Source: Campylobacteraceae bacterium
GTDB taxonomy: Bacteria > Campylobacterota > Campylobacteria > Campylobacterales > Sulfurovaceae
Reading direction: 5' to 3'
NCBI GenBank assembly: GCA_027100635.1
Contig: JAMOOQ010000051.1
Coordinates: forward strand, 4,459 to 68,458
DNA: 64,000 nt
The translations under genes and the position numbers were made by a program. Positions 46,149 to 57,111 of the stretch are shown here, in pieces. How positions within the stretch are numbered: position 1 is the first letter of the stretch; each line of letters begins with the position of its first letter. The notes under the pieces are model-generated. The model was not told the DNA's origin and searched no databases. It saw only the letters and a list, made by a program, of their open reading frames with translations.

Positions 46149-47489
46149 CTATTTACCTAAACAAAATTCCCCAAACATTTTATCTAGTATTTCATCACTG
46201 TTATACGGTTTAGATATTGAACTTATATGCTCTACTGCATTTTGTAAATGATATGAAAAAAACTCTAACTCCTCATTAAGTAAAAGAGGTTTTGCATTTA
46301 TAATCTCATCTTTAGTTTTTGTTACTGCTTCAATTTGTCTAGCAGATATTAGCATTAACTCTTCACCTTCACCAATTGAATTTAATATCTTTAGAAGTTT
46401 ATCTGTAAGAGTTGTTACTCCCTCTTTAGTACTCATTAAAATTGGTGAGAATTTATCTATTTGAAGTTTATCTATATTTTGAGGTAAATCTGATTTATTT
46501 ATTGCTAATATTATATGAATATTCTCTAAATTATCAAGTAAAGATAATATCTTTTTATCTTCTTCATCTATCTTTTGATTTCCATCAAGTAAAGCTATCA
46601 CAATATCAGATTCATTAAGTGTATTCATTGCTCGTTCAACCCCAATTTTTTCAATATCATCTGTCGCTTCTCTAATCCCTGCCGTATCAACAAGTCTAAT
46701 TATATGTGAGCCTATCCGTATTGATTCCTCTATTGTATCTCTTGTTGTTCCAGCAATATGACTAACAATTGCTCTGTCATAATGAAGTAATGCATTTAAA
46801 AGAGAACTTTTCCCTACATTTGGTTTTCCTATAATAGAAACTTTAAATCCTTCAATTAAACCTCTTCTTCTATGACTAGCCTCTACAATAATCTCTATTT
46901 TAGATGTTAAATTATCAAGTTGATATATTAGATTATCTACTATATCATCAGGAATATTATCTTCGGCATAATCAATCAAAACTTCTGAATAAGCAAGAGC
47001 TTTTAAAAGCATATCTCTACTTTCATCAACAAAATCTTTAAGTTCACCTTTTAGTTGTTTTGCTAATATTTTAGCTGCGTCTACACTTTTTGCTTCTATT
47101 AGTTTTGCTGTAGCTTCTGCTTTTGTTAAATCAATTTTTCCATTTAAAAAGGCTCTTTTAGAAAATTCACCAGCAGTTGCTAATCTTGCTCCATTAAAAA
47201 TAATCGTATCTAATATCTCCTGAGCAACAATCATTCCACCATGACACTGAAATTCAATAATATCTTCACCAGTAAAACTTTTAGGAGAGATGAAATATAA
47301 AATAATAGCTTGGTCGATAAGTTCATTATTAATATTATAGAGTGAGCTTAAAGTTGCTAGTCTAGGAGTTATTATATCTTTTTTAGAAATTTTTTTGGCA
47401 ATTTCAAGTGCCTTACTGCCACTAACTCTTATTATAGAGATGGAAGAGATTCCATTAGCAGTAGCAATTGCAGCTATTGTAGAGTTCAT
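46149..47489 (-). CDS. mnmE: tRNA modification GTPase MnmE
   Basis: 'GKPNVGKSSLLN', 'DTAGIR', and the C-terminal 'CLGK'. Confidence 0.95.
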   Translation of the reverse strand: MNSTIAAIATANGISSISIIRVSGSKALEIAKKISKKDIITPRLATLSSLYNINNELIDQAIILYFISPKSFTGEDIIEFQCHGGMIVAQEILDTIIFNGARLATAGEFSKRAFLNGKIDLTKAEATAKLIEAKSVDAAKILAKQLKGELKDFVDESRDMLLKALAYSEVLIDYAEDNIPDDIVDNLIYQLDNLTSKIEIIVEASHRRRGLIEGFKVSIIGKPNVGKSSLLNALLHYDRAIVSHIAGTTRDTIEESIRIGSHIIRLVDTAGIREATDDIEKIGVERAMNTLNESDIVIALLDGNQKIDEEDKKILSLLDNLENIHIILAINKSDLPQNIDKLQIDKFSPILMSTKEGVTTLTDKLLKILNSIGEGEELMLISARQIEAVTKTKDEIINAKPLLLNEELEFFSYHLQNAVEHISSISKPYNSDEILDKMFGEFCLGK

Positions 47490-48446
47490 TTAACTCTTTT
47501 CATTTTGAGATAAATTCTTTTTAGGTGAACTAAAATCATTAATTACTATATATTTATTTCCATCTTTTGATGTTTTAATCGCCACATATTTATGAGGAAA
47601 CTCCTCTCTTAACTCTTCAAGAGCTAGTTGAGATAATATACCATCAAGAGTTCTAGTTTTACCTCTTCCATTTTTATGAATATGTTCTATCACTGGCTGA
47701 ATATAATTTTTAATCATCTCTTTTTGAGAAGCTAAAAATTGAGCAATTTCAAGTTTAACATATAAATTATGTTTTGACTGTAACCAATTAAATAACATAT
47801 AAGAGAAAGCATTATATCTATGCCCCTCTTTCCCTATGAGTAAAGCAGTATCAATACCATCTAAATATATTTTTACAATATTTCCTTCAATACTAACCTC
47901 TACTGTATCTATATTATAACAGCTATATGATAATAATTTAACTATATCTTTTTGAATTGATACTTCTAACTCTTGATTATTAGAATCTTCATTTTTATCC
48001 AATATCTCAAATTCATTAATAATCAACTCTTTATCTTTTGTTATTTTATCTTTATTATCAAAAAAGTTATTTAATATATCTGTATCATTTTTTATAAGAT
48101 TTTCATCTATATTATTTGATTGTTTTAACTCTTCCTTTTTAGACTCTTTCTTTTTATCTTTAACTATAATATCTTTCATAGTTTTATTATTAGATACCTC
48201 TTCTATTTTTTCAACTACCTTTTTTGGTCTAATTGTGATTTGAGTTTTTTTAGGCTCTTCTTTTTTAAGCTCTTTCTCTTCTATATTATAATCTGCAACT
48301 ATAATTGCATTTTTTTTCATAAAACCTAAAATACCAGATGTTGGATGTTGAATTATCTCATATTTTAATTGTGTAACTGAACATTTCAACTCAGAAGCTG
48401 CTTTCATATAAGCATCTTCAAGAGTTGGAGCTTCTATTTTTCTCAT
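47490..48446 (-). CDS. Jag/KhpB-like RNA-binding protein
   Basis: Jag_N-like N-terminus, a Lys/Glu-rich linker, and KH-like 'LIGKEGHRYNA'. In the conserved position after yidC. Confidence 0.8.
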   Translation of the reverse strand: MRKIEAPTLEDAYMKAASELKCSVTQLKYEIIQHPTSGILGFMKKNAIIVADYNIEEKELKKEEPKKTQITIRPKKVVEKIEEVSNNKTMKDIIVKDKKKESKKEELKQSNNIDENLIKNDTDILNNFFDNKDKITKDKELIINEFEILDKNEDSNNQELEVSIQKDIVKLLSYSCYNIDTVEVSIEGNIVKIYLDGIDTALLIGKEGHRYNAFSYMLFNWLQSKHNLYVKLEIAQFLASQKEMIKNYIQPVIEHIHKNGRGKTRTLDGILSQLALEELREEFPHKYVAIKTSKDGNKYIVINDFSSPKKNLSQNEKS

Positions 48447-50071
48447 TACTTATCCTTGGTTTTCTTATGTGCTTCTATCTCTAATACTTTATTTTTTTCA
48501 TAAACACCATTAATATAATATTGTTGAGTAATCGAGAATATATTATTTACCAACCAATATAGTACTAATCCCGATGGGAATGTTATAAAAAATACAGTCA
48601 TAACTAATGGAAGATACATGAAAATCTTCTGCTGAAGTGGATCTGTAATTGTTGTTGGAGTAAGCTTTTGTTGTAAATACATAGAAGCACCCATTAATAT
48701 TGGTAAAATAAAGTAAGGATCCATTTTTGATAAATCTTCAATCCATAATATCCAACTAGCACCTTGAAGTTCAACAGCATTTAATAACACTCTATATAAT
48801 GCAAAGAATACTGGGATTTGAAGCAACATAGGTAGACATCCACCCATAGGATTTGCATTATGTTTTCCATATAACTCCATCATATGTTGATTCATCTTTT
48901 GTGGCTCTTTACCATATTTCTCTTTAATCTCTTTCATTTTGGGAGCTAAGTCTTTTAACTTTTGCATAGACATCATACCTTTGTATGATAATGGGAAAAG
49001 TATAAGCTTAACTAAAAGCGTAAACAAAATGATTGCCCAACCCCAATTACCAACAATATCATGTATCCAAATAGTTACAGCGAAAAATGGTTTTGATAAA
49101 AATGTAAACCAACCATACTCAATTGCATCAACAAGAGCTGGATTTATATTATGTAAAACTCTATAATCTTTTGCACCAATATATCCATTTAATTTAAGAT
49201 TTTGTTCCCCTTGAATAAATATTAAAGGGTTATCTTCACTATCTTTTAATAAAGATACACTCATACCCTTATCAAAATTATATAATAGTGATGTATAATA
49301 TCTATCAAATGCAGAGGCAATACTAGCACCTTTAAACTGCTCATTACCTAATGCATCGCCATCTTCAACAGTATTAATTATATTGTCAGCATCTTTAATT
49401 AAAGCACCTTTTACAATCATAAATTTAGATTTATCAGCAATAGGACGATAACCTGTTGTTAAAAAATAATCTTCATCTTTAGATAATTGTATATCTAAAT
49501 CATAATGACCATCAGGATAAAATGTTAAAGTTTTTGTAACTGTATTTGTTGATAAAGTTTGAGTAAGTACAACTGTAGCACTCTTATTATTTAAATTAAT
49601 TATACTCTCAGAAGCTTTATAATCTATTTCAAATGCCTCTTTATTTAATCTGGGATCACTAAATCTAATCTCAAGAGCCTTTGTTTTACTCATATCAAAC
49701 AGTTTTAAAATCTTATTTTCATCAGTTTTATATTTTTCTGCTAAAAGCTTAAATTGTGATATACGACCAAGATTATCTATTTCCAGACTAAATTCTTTTG
49801 AATTTATAGTAGTAATAATTGGTAATGATTTTTTATTCATAGGTGTATTTTTTAGTGTTTCTTCTGTTGTTTTAACAATTTTGGGTGTAGATTTATCTCC
49901 ATCTGCTTTTACTATTACTTCAGGTGTAATTGTTGTTGCTGATGATGTATGTATAGTTGTGTTATTATCTTTTGGAACTGATTGTTGTATGAAGTATTCT
50001 AAAGCCACAAAAACCATAAATGATAAAGCAAATGCTAATAAAAGCCTTTTATTTAAGTCTATTTTATCCAA
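48446..50071 (-). CDS. yidC: Membrane protein insertase YidC
   Basis: Large periplasmic domain and the conserved C-terminal 5-TM core 'GCLPMLLQIPVFFALY'. Confidence 0.95.
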   Translation of the reverse strand: MDKIDLNKRLLLAFALSFMVFVALEYFIQQSVPKDNNTTIHTSSATTITPEVIVKADGDKSTPKIVKTTEETLKNTPMNKKSLPIITTINSKEFSLEIDNLGRISQFKLLAEKYKTDENKILKLFDMSKTKALEIRFSDPRLNKEAFEIDYKASESIINLNNKSATVVLTQTLSTNTVTKTLTFYPDGHYDLDIQLSKDEDYFLTTGYRPIADKSKFMIVKGALIKDADNIINTVEDGDALGNEQFKGASIASAFDRYYTSLLYNFDKGMSVSLLKDSEDNPLIFIQGEQNLKLNGYIGAKDYRVLHNINPALVDAIEYGWFTFLSKPFFAVTIWIHDIVGNWGWAIILFTLLVKLILFPLSYKGMMSMQKLKDLAPKMKEIKEKYGKEPQKMNQHMMELYGKHNANPMGGCLPMLLQIPVFFALYRVLLNAVELQGASWILWIEDLSKMDPYFILPILMGASMYLQQKLTPTTITDPLQQKIFMYLPLVMTVFFITFPSGLVLYWLVNNIFSITQQYYINGVYEKNKVLEIEAHKKTKDK

Positions 50072-50147
50072 TGTTATACCTTAATTTTAAATTATATTTT
50101 TTATATTATACTCAACTTGTTGGAGTTTATAAATTACAATTCAAAGA

Positions 50148-50498
50148 TTAAATATCATTAGAGGCTATTGCCAAACATCTATTAAGTGCATAAAGATATG
50201 TTTTCTCAAATTCTTGAAAACTTTTGGTCAAAAGAGTAGGTTTGGCAACTAAGACAAACTCTCCACTTTTTAACTTATCTATATTTGCAAGAAAATGTGC
50301 CCGAAGTAAGCGTTTAGCTTTATTTCTTTTGACTGCATTTCCAATCTTTTTACTTGCTACAACTCCTACTTTATGAGTAGTTTCCTCTTTATAAAAAAGA
50401 ACAAAAGATGGTGTATGCCAAACTTTTGTTGCTTTCGTATATACTCTGTTGAACTCTTTACTATTTTTTAATGAAGTAAAATGTTTTAAACTGCTAAT
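50148..50498 (-). CDS. rnpA: RNase P protein component; start codon uncertain
   Basis: My own translation: '..[35 protein letters not shown]...[26 protein letters not shown]...' (RnpA 'KK.G.AV.RN..KR' motif). No ATG, GTG or TTG in frame after the upstream stop, so ATT at 50498 is the only near-cognate start. Not in the ORF track. Confidence 0.7.
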   Translation of the reverse strand: MSSLKHFTSLKNSKEFNRVYTKATKVWHTPSFVLFYKEETTHKVGVVASKKIGNAVKRNKAKRLLRAHFLANIDKLKSGEFVLVAKPTLLTKSFQEFEKTYLYALNRCLAIASNDI

Positions 50499-50620
50499 CT
50501 CTTTCTTCCTTTAGCTCTTCTTGCAGAAATTATCTTTCTACCATTCTTTGTCTTCATTCTTGTTCTAAAACCATGAGTTCTTTTTCTTGGTGTGTTATGT
50601 GGTTGAAAAGTTCTTTTCAT
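50486..50620 (-). CDS. rpmH: 50S ribosomal protein L34
   Basis: My own translation: '[44 protein letters not shown]'. Below the ORF-track length cutoff. Confidence 0.92.
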   Translation of the reverse strand: MKRTFQPHNTPRKRTHGFRTRMKTKNGRKIISARRAKGRKRLAV

Positions 50621-50762
50621 ATTATTCTATCCTTCTTTTTAATCAAAAATTTATACTAATTTTATAAGCATATTTATGAATGCGATTTTATCTAAACAAC
50701 ACTTAAGGTAATATTTATTTGATAACTTTTCTCTTATCTTTTAAAAAATTAGGCCGTTATTC

Positions 50763-51125
50763 TCATACAAATTCTAAATAAAAGATACTAATCCATATTA
50801 AACTGGTAATTGTAATGCTAACAAAAACCACACTACTTCCTAAATCTTTTGCATCTTTTGCTAATGGATGAATATCAGAGGTAACCAAATCTACAACTCG
50901 CTCAATTGCACTATTTATAAGTTCTGCTAATAATGGTAAGAATAAAGAGATTGATAGTATCATTTTATATACCAATTCAATAGATATAAAATATAAAAAA
51001 ATTTGCAAGATAACAAAAAATATCAATTCTATCTTAAATGATTTTTCCTCTTTTACTGCAACTCTTAGACCGTCTAAAGCATACTTTGTATTGTTTAATA
51101 TATGATAATTTGGTTTATTTATCAA
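50763..51125 (-). CDS. dgkA: Diacylglycerol kinase (DgkA family)
   Basis: 120 aa, 3 TM, 'AELINSAIERVVDLV' and 'AKDLGSS' motifs. Confidence 0.85.
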   Translation of the reverse strand: MINKPNYHILNNTKYALDGLRVAVKEEKSFKIELIFFVILQIFLYFISIELVYKMILSISLFLPLLAELINSAIERVVDLVTSDIHPLAKDAKDLGSSVVFVSITITSLIWISIFYLEFV

Positions 51126-51296
51126 AATACTTCCTTTATTTTGTAATATTCTTTAAAATTTCAATTATATCATTATATAGTTAATTTTAAAAATCAATAG
51201 ATTTTTTTAAAACTAGATTTTAGTACAGCAAGAATAGGAAGTATTACAAACCCTACCAAAAAGTGTGGATATTTTGAGGTAAATCTTAAATAAATC

Positions 51297-51305
51297 GTGG
51301 TATAA
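51297..51305 (+). promoter_or_regulatory. Candidate extended -10 (TGgTATAAT)
   Basis: Read directly, 37 nt before the GTG start at 51343. Confidence 0.35.
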
Positions 51306-51342
51306 TAAAATATTATATAATGAATTATAAAAGGATATTTGA

Positions 51343-51873
51343 GTGAAAAAATTATATATTATAAGACATGCCAAATCTAGTTGGAAAAATGGTGAATTAA
51401 GTGATTTTGAAAGAGGATTAAATAGAAGAGGAGATAGAGATTTGAAGATAATGACCTCTTATATGTCATTAAAAGATATAAATGTTGATTTGATTTTATC
51501 TAGTTCTGCTCTTAGAGCTCAAATTACAGCAGATAAAATTGCAAAAAAAATAGATTATAATAATAAAATTCATTATATGAAAGAGTTATATATGGTTCGT
51601 CCAGAAAAGCTTATGGATATTATAAAATTACAAGATGATCAATATGAGAGTATTTTTGTGGTAGGACATAACCCTGAACTTACAGAGATTGCAAATACAC
51701 TTTTGCAAAATGAGTTTATTAAAATGCCTACACTTGCTATTTTAGCAATTGATTTAGATATAGATAGTTGGGAAGATATAACTCAAAATTGTGGTAAAGT
51801 AGATTTTTATATATACCCTAAGCAATTTCAATACTATATGCCAAAGCAAGTACGGTCTGTTTTAGAAAGATGA
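51343..51873 (+). CDS. Histidine phosphatase superfamily protein (SixA-like)
   Basis: 'LYIIRHAKS' (RHG-type motif) and 'VGHNPE'. Confidence 0.7.
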   Translation: MKKLYIIRHAKSSWKNGELSDFERGLNRRGDRDLKIMTSYMSLKDINVDLILSSSALRAQITADKIAKKIDYNNKIHYMKELYMVRPEKLMDIIKLQDDQYESIFVVGHNPELTEIANTLLQNEFIKMPTLAILAIDLDIDSWEDITQNCGKVDFYIYPKQFQYYMPKQVRSVLER

Positions 51874-51913
51874 TATTATATTTTTTAACTGTTATTAATT
51901 AGTAATTTTATAA

Positions 51914-51922
51914 TGATATAAT
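51914..51922 (+). promoter_or_regulatory. Candidate extended -10 (TGaTATAAT) upstream of guaB
   Basis: Read directly, 27 nt before the ATG at 51949. RBS 'aaggat'. Confidence 0.4.
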
Positions 51923-51948
51923 GTCACAATTAATTATAAGGATAAAAT

Positions 51949-53394
51949 ATGAGAATAAAGAAAAAAGCATTAACATTTGAAGATATATTATTAGTACCAC
52001 AATATTCAGAAGTTCTTCCAAAAGAGGTAAGCACAAAAAGTATGCTTACAAAAAGAGTATCCTTAAATATTCCTATGGTATCAGCAGCCATGGACACAGT
52101 TACAGAGTATAAAGCATCTATTGCAATGGCAAGACTTGGTGGAATTGGTATAATTCATAAAAATATGGATATAAAAACTCAAGCTATGCAAATAACAAAA
52201 GTTAAAAAATCAGAGAGTGGTATTATAATTGACCCTATCTTTATATCTTCCGATTCAACCGTTGAAGATGCAGATAAGCTTATGGGCGAATATAAAATAT
52301 CTGGTATTCCTGTAGTTGATAAGAATAAAAAACTTTTAGGAATTATCACAAATCGAGATATGAGATTTATTACAGATTTATCAATATTGGTATCAAGTGT
52401 AATGACAAAATCGCCATTAGTTACAACAAAAGCTGGTACAACGCTAGAAGATGCTGCAAAAATACTACAAGAACATAGAATAGAGAAACTTCCTATTGTT
52501 GATGAGAATGATACTCTTCAAGGATTAATTACTATTAAAGATATAGAGAGAAAAATTCAATTTCCAAATGCAAACAAAGACAGATTTGGAAGACTTAGAG
52601 TAGGAGCTGCTATTGGTGTGGGGCAACTTGACCGTGCAAAAGCATTAGTTGAAGCTGGGGTGGATGTGATTGTATTAGACTCTGCTCATGGACACTCAAA
52701 AGGAATTATAGATACAGTTATTGCTATTAAAAAAGAGTTAGATATTGATGTAGTTGCTGGAAATATTGCAACAGGAGAAGCGGCACAAACTCTTATTGAT
52801 GCTGGTGTTGATGCTCTTAAAGTTGGAATTGGACCTGGAAGTATCTGTACAACTAGAATTGTTGCTGGAGTTGGTGTTCCTCAAATTTCTGCTATTGATG
52901 AAGTTTCTCAAGTAGCAAATCAAGCAGGAGTTCCTGTGATTGCTGATGGTGGAATTAAATATTCTGGTGATATTGCTAAAGCTTTAGCTGTAGGAGCGAG
53001 TAGTGTAATGTTAGGTTCTGCGTTAGCTGGAACAGAAGAAGCTCCAGGTGAAACAATTTTATTTAATGGTAGAAAGTTTAAAAGTTATCGTGGAATGGGA
53101 AGTATTGGAGCAATGACAAAAGGAAGTACTGATAGATATTTTCAAGAGGGAACTGCTACTGATAAACTTGTGCCTGAAGGGATTGAGGGAAGAGTACCTT
53201 ATCGTGGTGCAATATCAGAGATAATTCATCAAATGATTGGTGGACTTCGTTCATCTATGGGATATTGTGGATCAAAAGATATAAAAACTTTTTGGGAAAA
53301 ATCTGAATTTGTAGAGATTACAAGTGCAGGACTTAAAGAATCTCATGTTCATGATGTAACAATCACAAAAGAATCTCCAAATTATCATTCGTAG
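51949..53394 (+). CDS. guaB: IMP dehydrogenase
   Basis: '[13 protein letters not shown]', a CBS pair, and the catalytic '[11 protein letters not shown]'. Confidence 0.97.
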   Translation: MRIKKKALTFEDILLVPQYSEVLPKEVSTKSMLTKRVSLNIPMVSAAMDTVTEYKASIAMARLGGIGIIHKNMDIKTQAMQITKVKKSESGIIIDPIFISSDSTVEDADKLMGEYKISGIPVVDKNKKLLGIITNRDMRFITDLSILVSSVMTKSPLVTTKAGTTLEDAAKILQEHRIEKLPIVDENDTLQGLITIKDIERKIQFPNANKDRFGRLRVGAAIGVGQLDRAKALVEAGVDVIVLDSAHGHSKGIIDTVIAIKKELDIDVVAGNIATGEAAQTLIDAGVDALKVGIGPGSICTTRIVAGVGVPQISAIDEVSQVANQAGVPVIADGGIKYSGDIAKALAVGASSVMLGSALAGTEEAPGETILFNGRKFKSYRGMGSIGAMTKGSTDRYFQEGTATDKLVPEGIEGRVPYRGAISEIIHQMIGGLRSSMGYCGSKDIKTFWEKSEFVEITSAGLKESHVHDVTITKESPNYHS

Positions 53395-53414
53395 TAATAT
53401 TATTTAGCTTATTT

Positions 53415-53441
53415 GGTGGGTTGCACCCACCCTACCAAAAA
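53415..53441 (+). repeat. GC-rich hairpin GGTGGGT-tgc-ACCCACC followed by CCCTACCAAAAA
   Basis: 21 nt after the guaB stop. The 12-mer 'ccctaccaaaaa' recurs at 51250-51261. Confidence 0.45.
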
Positions 53442-53521
53442 TAGGAGTAAAATTATGTATATAGAATCTATTAGATTTGAAATCTAGCAAGAAGTTTAAT
53501 TTTACCTTTTAAAGGAAAACC

Positions 53522-54946
53522 ATGATAAAGAATACACCAAAAATTTTAGTTATAGGTGATGTAATACTTGATCACTATTTATGGGGGGAGGTAAATCGTA
53601 TATCTCCAGAAGCTCCTGTGCAGATTGTTGATATAAAATCAGAGAGTTTAGTTCTTGGTGGTGCAGGGAATGTGGTAAATAATCTTTATACTTTAAATTC
53701 AAAAGTGGCTTTTTTATCTGTAATAGGTAAAGATAAAGCAGGTTTAGAGATTAAAAAGATACTTAAAAATATGAGTGTAAAGAGATATTTAGTTGAGCAA
53801 AAAGATAGAAAGACATCTAAAAAAAGTCGTATTATAGCCTCTCATTCTCAAGTGATTAGATATGATAAAGAAAGCAAAGAGGATATTAATAAAAAAAGTG
53901 CAGAGTCTATTTTTAAAGAGTTTAAGTTAAAATATAAAGATTATGATATTATTTTACTTTCAGATTATGATAAAGGTGTTTTGACTTCAAAGCTTACACA
54001 AAAAATAATAAAATATGCAAATAAAAAAGATAAAAAAGTTTTAGTTGATCCTAAAGGTGATAATTATTCTAAATATAGAGGTGCATACCTTTTAACTCCA
54101 AATAAAAAAGAGGCTATTATTGCATCTAAGATTAATATTAAAGATAAAAATGGTTTAACTAAAGCTCTTAAAAGACTTAAAAAAAGGGCAAGTTTATCTG
54201 TATCTTTAATAACTTTAAGCGAAGATGGAATCGCTTTTTATGATGATGAGTTACATATTAAACCAACAGTTGCAAAAGAGGTTTATGATGTGACAGGGGC
54301 AGGAGATACAGTTTTGGCATCTTTAGGTTATGCTTTTGCAAATAATTGGGATATATCATCTGCTGTAGAGTTTGCAAATCTTTCTGCTGGTGTGGTTGTG
54401 GGAAAATTAGGAAGTGCAACAGCATCTATTGAGGAGATTGAAGAGTATAAAAGCTCACTTCATAAAAGTAGTATAGAGAGCCATATTAAATCTTTTGATG
54501 AGATAAGAGATACTATAATTAGACTAAAAAAGCAAAAGAAAAAAATAGTTTTTACAAATGGATGTTTTGATATTTTGCACCGTGGTCATGTAAGTTATCT
54601 TGATATTGCTTCATCGTATGGAGATATTTTAATATTAGGATTAAATTCAGATGACAGTGTAAAAAGATTAAAAGGTGAAAATCGTCCTATTAATTGTGAA
54701 GATGATAGAGCCTATATTTTGGCAGGTTTGGAGAGTGTTGATTTTGTTGTAAAATTTGAAGATGATACACCATATGAATTAATTAAAATGATTAAACCTG
54801 ATATTTTGGTAAAAGGTGGAGATTATAAAGGTAAAGAGGTTGTTGGTAGTGATATTGCTGGTGAAGTAAGATTTGTGGATTTTGTTGATGGCAAAAGTAC
54901 CACTAAGACTATAAAAAAGATACAAAGAGATAAAAATGATAAATGA
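53522..54946 (+). CDS. hldE: Bifunctional heptose 7-phosphate kinase / heptose 1-phosphate adenylyltransferase
   Basis: Ribokinase-like N-domain ('DVTGAGDT') and cytidylyltransferase C-domain ('TNGCFDILHRGH'). Confidence 0.9.
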   Translation: MIKNTPKILVIGDVILDHYLWGEVNRISPEAPVQIVDIKSESLVLGGAGNVVNNLYTLNSKVAFLSVIGKDKAGLEIKKILKNMSVKRYLVEQKDRKTSKKSRIIASHSQVIRYDKESKEDINKKSAESIFKEFKLKYKDYDIILLSDYDKGVLTSKLTQKIIKYANKKDKKVLVDPKGDNYSKYRGAYLLTPNKKEAIIASKINIKDKNGLTKALKRLKKRASLSVSLITLSEDGIAFYDDELHIKPTVAKEVYDVTGAGDTVLASLGYAFANNWDISSAVEFANLSAGVVVGKLGSATASIEEIEEYKSSLHKSSIESHIKSFDEIRDTIIRLKKQKKKIVFTNGCFDILHRGHVSYLDIASSYGDILILGLNSDDSVKRLKGENRPINCEDDRAYILAGLESVDFVVKFEDDTPYELIKMIKPDILVKGGDYKGKEVVGSDIAGEVRFVDFVDGKSTTKTIKKIQRDKNDK

Positions 54947-55787
54947 AAAAATAGAAGCAGGTGTTGTAAATAGACTTTTGATAAATAGAAATACAGATTA
55001 TGGATTTTTTTTAAAAGCAAATAATGAAGAAGAGGTACTTTTGCCAAATGCATATATAACAGATGATATGTATTTAGAAGATGAGATTGATGTGTTTATA
55101 TATCATGATTCGGAAGATAGAATAATTGCAACTACACAGCGACCTCATGCAATGCTTGGGGAATATGGTTATTTTGAAGTTGTAAACTATCAAAGATATG
55201 GTGCTTTTGTTAATTGGGGCTTAGCAAAAGACCTATTTGTTCCACTGTCTCAGCAGAAAACATATTTTAATATTGGTATGAAATTTATATTAAGAGTATG
55301 TTTAGATAAAGAAACAGGTAGATTATATGCTACCCATAAAATTGGTAAATTTATGGTTAGAGATATGAAAGGTCTTTTTAAAACTCAAGAGGTAGATATT
55401 ATGATTATGGCAAAAACTCCGTTAGGATATAAAGCTATTGTAAATAATAAATACGAAGGGATGATATATGAAAATGAGATTTTTGAAAAGATTAAAATTG
55501 GAGAGAAAAGAAAAGCATATATTAAACTTGTAAGAAAAGATTTTAAACTTGATTTGTCACTTCAAGCGATAGGTAAAGCAAAAGAGGGCAGTTTAGAAGA
55601 TAAAGTACTAGAGGTCTTAAAATACAGCAATAGTGCTAGAGAGTTTAATTACAAAAGTTCACCAGAAGATATACATAAAACTTTTAATTTGAGCAAAAAG
55701 AATTTTAAAAAAGCACTAACTTTATTATTAGATAAAGAGATGATTAAATTTGAAGATAATAAAATTAAGATGATAACAAAACAGTAA
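54936..55787 (+). CDS. S1-domain RNA-binding protein (CvfB/YitL-like)
   Basis: Repeated S1-like segments, e.g. 'GAFVNWGLAKDLFVP', and a C-terminal winged-helix-like tail. Confidence 0.7.
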   Translation: MINEKIEAGVVNRLLINRNTDYGFFLKANNEEEVLLPNAYITDDMYLEDEIDVFIYHDSEDRIIATTQRPHAMLGEYGYFEVVNYQRYGAFVNWGLAKDLFVPLSQQKTYFNIGMKFILRVCLDKETGRLYATHKIGKFMVRDMKGLFKTQEVDIMIMAKTPLGYKAIVNNKYEGMIYENEIFEKIKIGEKRKAYIKLVRKDFKLDLSLQAIGKAKEGSLEDKVLEVLKYSNSAREFNYKSSPEDIHKTFNLSKKNFKKALTLLLDKEMIKFEDNKIKMITKQ

Positions 55788-55795
55788 TTTTTAGA

Positions 55796-55801
55796 TATAA
55801 T
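55796..55801 (+). promoter_or_regulatory. Candidate -10 element (TATAAT)
   Basis: 'tagaTATAAT' 31 nt before the ATG at 55832. Confidence 0.3.
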
Positions 55802-55831
55802 TATATAACCTAAAATAAAGAAGGATTATAA

Positions 55832-56341
55832 ATGGCGTTTTTTAATAATAACAATAATAACAATAATAATAATACAAGCAATAGAAATAGTAGCGAACAA
55901 AATGGGGATAATAATCATCCCTCACAAGGTGAAGATAGTTCGTTAAGATGGTGGATAACAGCACTTATCTCTTTGGGATTATCTTTGGGAACTTGGAATC
56001 CAACAGAGTATCATTTTATACATTATATAACTCAAGCAGAGATTTTATCAGGATTTACACCTTTTGCAATACTTTTAATGGTGGGAGTTTGGTTTCTTGC
56101 AATTAAATCAATATTTCAAAGTTTAGGTATGTTTGGTGCATTTTTTATTGTAATTACTATCTTAACATTTATATGGGGATTAAATCAATATGGACTTATA
56201 GATTTAAATAACTTAACACAATTAGGATGGGTTGCAACTTTTGGTATGGCATTTATTATATGGGCAGGATTAAATGCTTCAAAAGCGTGGAAAAGAGTTA
56301 CAGGAGTATATAGTACTGATCGTATTGATGATGATATTTAA
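55832..56341 (+). CDS. Membrane protein with an N-terminal poly-Asn tract
   Basis: 'MAFFNNNNNNNNNNTSNRNSS...' encoded by an (AAT/AAC)n run at about 55844-55873, followed by 4 predicted TM segments. Confidence 0.5.
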   Translation: MAFFNNNNNNNNNNTSNRNSSEQNGDNNHPSQGEDSSLRWWITALISLGLSLGTWNPTEYHFIHYITQAEILSGFTPFAILLMVGVWFLAIKSIFQSLGMFGAFFIVITILTFIWGLNQYGLIDLNNLTQLGWVATFGMAFIIWAGLNASKAWKRVTGVYSTDRIDDDI

Positions 56342-56350
56342 AATATAATT

Positions 56351-57046
56351 ATGAATTATTTTAGAGTGATTATTACATTTTTATCTACAATAAGTTTGTT
56401 AGATGCTTCTTTATTGATAATTAAAAATAGAGATGGAAAAACTCTAAAACAACAAACTATATCTCACAAAAGTAATCTTTTTTTAACACAAAAAGATACT
56501 GAATGGAATCTTCAAGCAATATATAATCAACTATATGCGGATTCAATAAAAGCTCGTAAAGTCAAAGAGGCTAAAGATAGATTAGCTAGAATCCAAAAAG
56601 AGATAAAAAAAGCTCAAAAAAAAGGTATCAAATATAAGTTAAATCCTATTGATAAAGCTAAATTATTAGAAGATGCAAAATATTACAAAGGTGGAAAATA
56701 TGTTTGGGGTGGAACAACACCTCAAGGATTTGATTGTTCTGGATATGTTCAATACCTTTATAAAAAACATAATATTACTCTACCACGAACTGCATATTCT
56801 CAATCAAAAATTGGTCAAAATGTGCAACTTGATAATCTTAAAAAAGGTGATTTACTTTTTTTCCTTACAGATAGATCAAGAGGTATCCCTATTACTCATG
56901 TTGGTATATATATTGGTGATGGAAACTTTATTCACGCTGCCAGCAAAAAACTTGGTATTATGGTATCTTCAATTACCCATGGTTCATATAGAAAAAACTT
57001 TGTAGTAGCAAAAAGAGTTATTAAGCAAATCAATAGTAATTTATGA
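56351..57046 (+). CDS. NlpC/P60 (C40) peptidoglycan hydrolase
   Basis: Catalytic 'GFDCSGYVQYLY' and 'THVGIYIG', with a signal peptide. Confidence 0.85.
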   Translation: MNYFRVIITFLSTISLLDASLLIIKNRDGKTLKQQTISHKSNLFLTQKDTEWNLQAIYNQLYADSIKARKVKEAKDRLARIQKEIKKAQKKGIKYKLNPIDKAKLLEDAKYYKGGKYVWGGTTPQGFDCSGYVQYLYKKHNITLPRTAYSQSKIGQNVQLDNLKKGDLLFFLTDRSRGIPITHVGIYIGDGNFIHAASKKLGIMVSSITHGSYRKNFVVAKRVIKQINSNL

Positions 57047-57111
57047 GATTTTAATTATATTTAGATAAAATTCACTTAATATAAAAACTCATTTGTTTAA
57101 GGAAACAACTC

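Noticed and set aside
55844-55873. (AAT/AAC)n tract considered as a phase-variation switch
   Set aside because: The repeat unit is a trinucleotide and in frame, so slippage would change poly-Asn length without switching the frame. No homopolymer or dinucleotide tract is present at the start.
56673-57005. ORF 56673..57005 (plus strand, 110 aa)
   Set aside because: It lies out of frame inside the NlpC/P60 gene, whose catalytic motifs are clear.
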